Shown here in pieces: positions 7,044 through 8,676 of a stretch of DNA of 8,676 nt; the first letter of the stretch is position 1, and every line of letters begins with the position of its first letter. The position numbers and the translations under genes are program-made. Below the pieces are notes generated by a model. It saw only the letters and a list, made by a program, of their open reading frames with translations. It searched no databases and had not been told where the DNA came from. The stretch covers positions 1 to 8,676 of the forward strand of contig NW_003314624.1 of NCBI RefSeq assembly GCF_000143415.4, read 5' to 3'. Source of the stretch: Selaginella moellendorffii. Lineage: Eukaryota; Plantae; Lycopodiophyta.

Positions 7044-7846
7044 AAAATCACATCTTCTTGTCAAATCCAAAGGAAAAAAAATGCAACAAACTTAACAGAA
7101 CGAAACAATCATGGAAGTGAACCCTGAGAATGTTGCAGCAGTTCTTGGATCTTTTTCCACAGCCTGCTCTTCACAGTGGACTCGGCAGCAGGGCACTTCT
7201 CCTAGTAGAAGCCAGGCCGCAACATAGCAATTCCCATGCAGAAGTAGCACCACCGGGAAATGGCCTGAGAATGGAAAACCCTGTCCCTGACGCCAGGCCC
7301 CAGTATCATGCCACTGGGAAGCAAACCCGGGATCACTGGAAACTTTGGAACTTTGGGGACCGGCTGCTTGAGAAGAACCTCGGGAACTACTAGATACTCC
7401 GGTACCTTTGGAACTTCGGGGACCGGCTTCTTGGGAGGAATCTCCGAAAGTACTGGATACTCCCGAACCTTTGGAACTGGAACTTCTGGCACTTTGGGTG
7501 AGAAGTGAAGAGAAGTGAAGAGAAGAGGAACCTCCGGAACCTCAGGGATGACTGGAACCTCCGGAACCTTTGGAACTTCTGGAATGACTGGAACCTCTGG
7601 AACCTTTGGAACTTCTGGAACGACTGGAACTTCCTTCGGCCTTTGGAACGATCGGGATCTCTGGAATCCTGGGGATCTCCGGATCTTAGGAATCGGAATG
7701 GTGATCTCTCGTATCTCTTGCGCGCCACTAGCTCCTGGAAAGAATCCATCACCAAGCTGTGGCGGGATAAATCCTTGGAACCCGCAAATCCCCCTCATCC
7801 ACTGCCCAAGGAAAAGAACGCGTAGCGGGACGAGAAGAGGATCCAT
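7044..7846 (-). pseudogene. Truncated, degraded duplicate of peroxidase exon 1 and intron 1 (no exons 2-3)
   Basis: Same repeat array and GIAxLRPGFY; AAG>TAG nonsense change at 7202-7204; intron 1 donor GT>TT at 7095; several frameshifting deletions; damaged signal peptide; similarity ends at ~7044. Confidence 0.88.
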
Positions 7847-8011
7847 GGCTGGAGAAGAAATCTCGCAGCAATCCTCTGGCGCTTATATAGCAGCTCCATT
7901 CTACCATCGTAGAAATGCGAGAAGAAATCACCGCGGGAGATTCCTTCTCCCCTACTAGCGAATAGCTAACCCTAACCTAATCGCGCCCAGAGGTGAGAGA
8001 TGATGTTCGTG
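7044..8011 (+). repeat. Direct repeat copy 2 (~0.97 kb) of 2476-3765
   Basis: Shared blocks such as GGAGAAGAAATCTCGCAGCAATCCTCTGGCGCTTATATAGCAGCTCCATTCT and CCCTACTAGCGAA.AGCTAACCCTAACCTAATCGCGCCCA. Confidence 0.9.
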
Positions 8012-8473
8012 GTTGCGCCATTGCTCTTCTTCCTGGCATCGCTGCCTCGATTGTCCGCCGCTGACGCCATTCTCCCCAGCGCCGAGGTGTCGCGATTCTT
8101 GGAAGAGCATGGCCTTCCCGGCGGTCTTCTCCCCAATCTGGTCACCAGCTACTCGCTGCGCGACAACAATTCCACATTCGTCGTCCATCTCCAGCACGAA
8201 TGCTACCACCGCTTCGAGAATCTGGTGTGGTATGGCACTACCATCTCTGGGAAGCTGGGCTATGGCAAGATCGAGAATCTATCGGGAATCCAGGCCAAGG
8301 AGCTCTTCCTGTGGCTGGGAGTGACGGGAATTCGCGTGGATGAATCCAACCGAGACTACATCTACTTTGAGGTGGGGATTGTGTCCAAGAGGCTGCGCGC
8401 ATCGCTCTTTCGAGATCCACCATCGTGCTCAAAGTCTAGTGGCTCTCTTGTGGATCTACACGAGGCAATCTAG
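8000..8473 (+). CDS. DUF538-family protein with signal peptide, 157 aa, intronless
   Basis: Signal peptide MMFVVAPLLFFLASLPRLSAA; family hallmarks LEEHGLPGGLLP, VTSYSL, ECY..F...V.Y...ISG.LGYGKIENLSGIQAKELFLW, IYFEVGIVSK and F..PP.C. Confidence 0.93.
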   Translation: MMFVVAPLLFFLASLPRLSAADAILPSAEVSRFLEEHGLPGGLLPNLVTSYSLRDNNSTFVVHLQHECYHRFENLVWYGTTISGKLGYGKIENLSGIQAKELFLWLGVTGIRVDESNRDYIYFEVGIVSKRLRASLFRDPPSCSKSSGSLVDLHEAI

Positions 8474-8620
8474 AGTTTTAGTTCCTCGTCTTCTTCCTGG
8501 TGTACGTATAAGTGCTCTTTCAAGAGCCTCCATCGTGCTCAAAGTCTAGTGGTTCTCTTGTGGATCTAGATAAGTTTAATCTAGAGTTTTGGTTCCTCGT
8601 GTTCTTCGTGTTCTATGTAT
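8404..8620 (+). repeat. Two-copy ~110-bp tandem duplication spanning the DUF538 C-terminus and 3' UTR
   Basis: 8404-8513 vs 8514-8620; CATCGTGCTCAAAGTCTAGTGG.TCTCTTGTGGATCTA at 8421 and 8531; AATCTAGAGTTTT.GTTCCTCGT.TTCTTC at 8467 and 8578. Confidence 0.92.
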
Positions 8621-8676
8621 CTTTTTGTTATTAAGATAATTCGAAGTGTCACACTCTTGGTGTTCTTGGTGTCACT

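Noticed and set aside
7308-7958. Plus-strand and alternative-frame ORFs over the duplicate array
   Set aside because: Same shadow-frame effect as in copy 1.

Overview
Gene-dense land-plant nuclear DNA. The 57- and 71-nt introns, short intergenic gaps and a PPR protein built from consecutive ~31-aa short repeats suggest a lycophyte such as Selaginella (inference). Left to right: (1) a PLS-class PPR gene on the minus strand (ATG 1161) that runs off the left edge and is therefore absent from the ORF track; (2) an intact three-exon class III secretory peroxidase (3547..1635, minus, 594 aa) with a ~265-aa G/F/P - PEVPK - G/F/P repeat region, including four evenly spaced tyrosines, between signal peptide and catalytic domain; (3) a ~3.3-kb segment carrying a 637-aa secreted-type, Cys-rich, 3-TM protein I cannot assign to a family; (4) a degraded second copy of the peroxidase 5' half and its promoter; (5) an intact DUF538 gene head-to-head with that copy, with a 110-bp tandem duplication at its 3' end. 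The 3.3-kb segment lies between two direct copies of an apparently ancestral bidirectional peroxidase/DUF538 promoter unit: the left copy kept the peroxidase, the right copy kept DUF538. The most interesting object is the repeat-fused peroxidase, which may carry its own cross-linking substrate.
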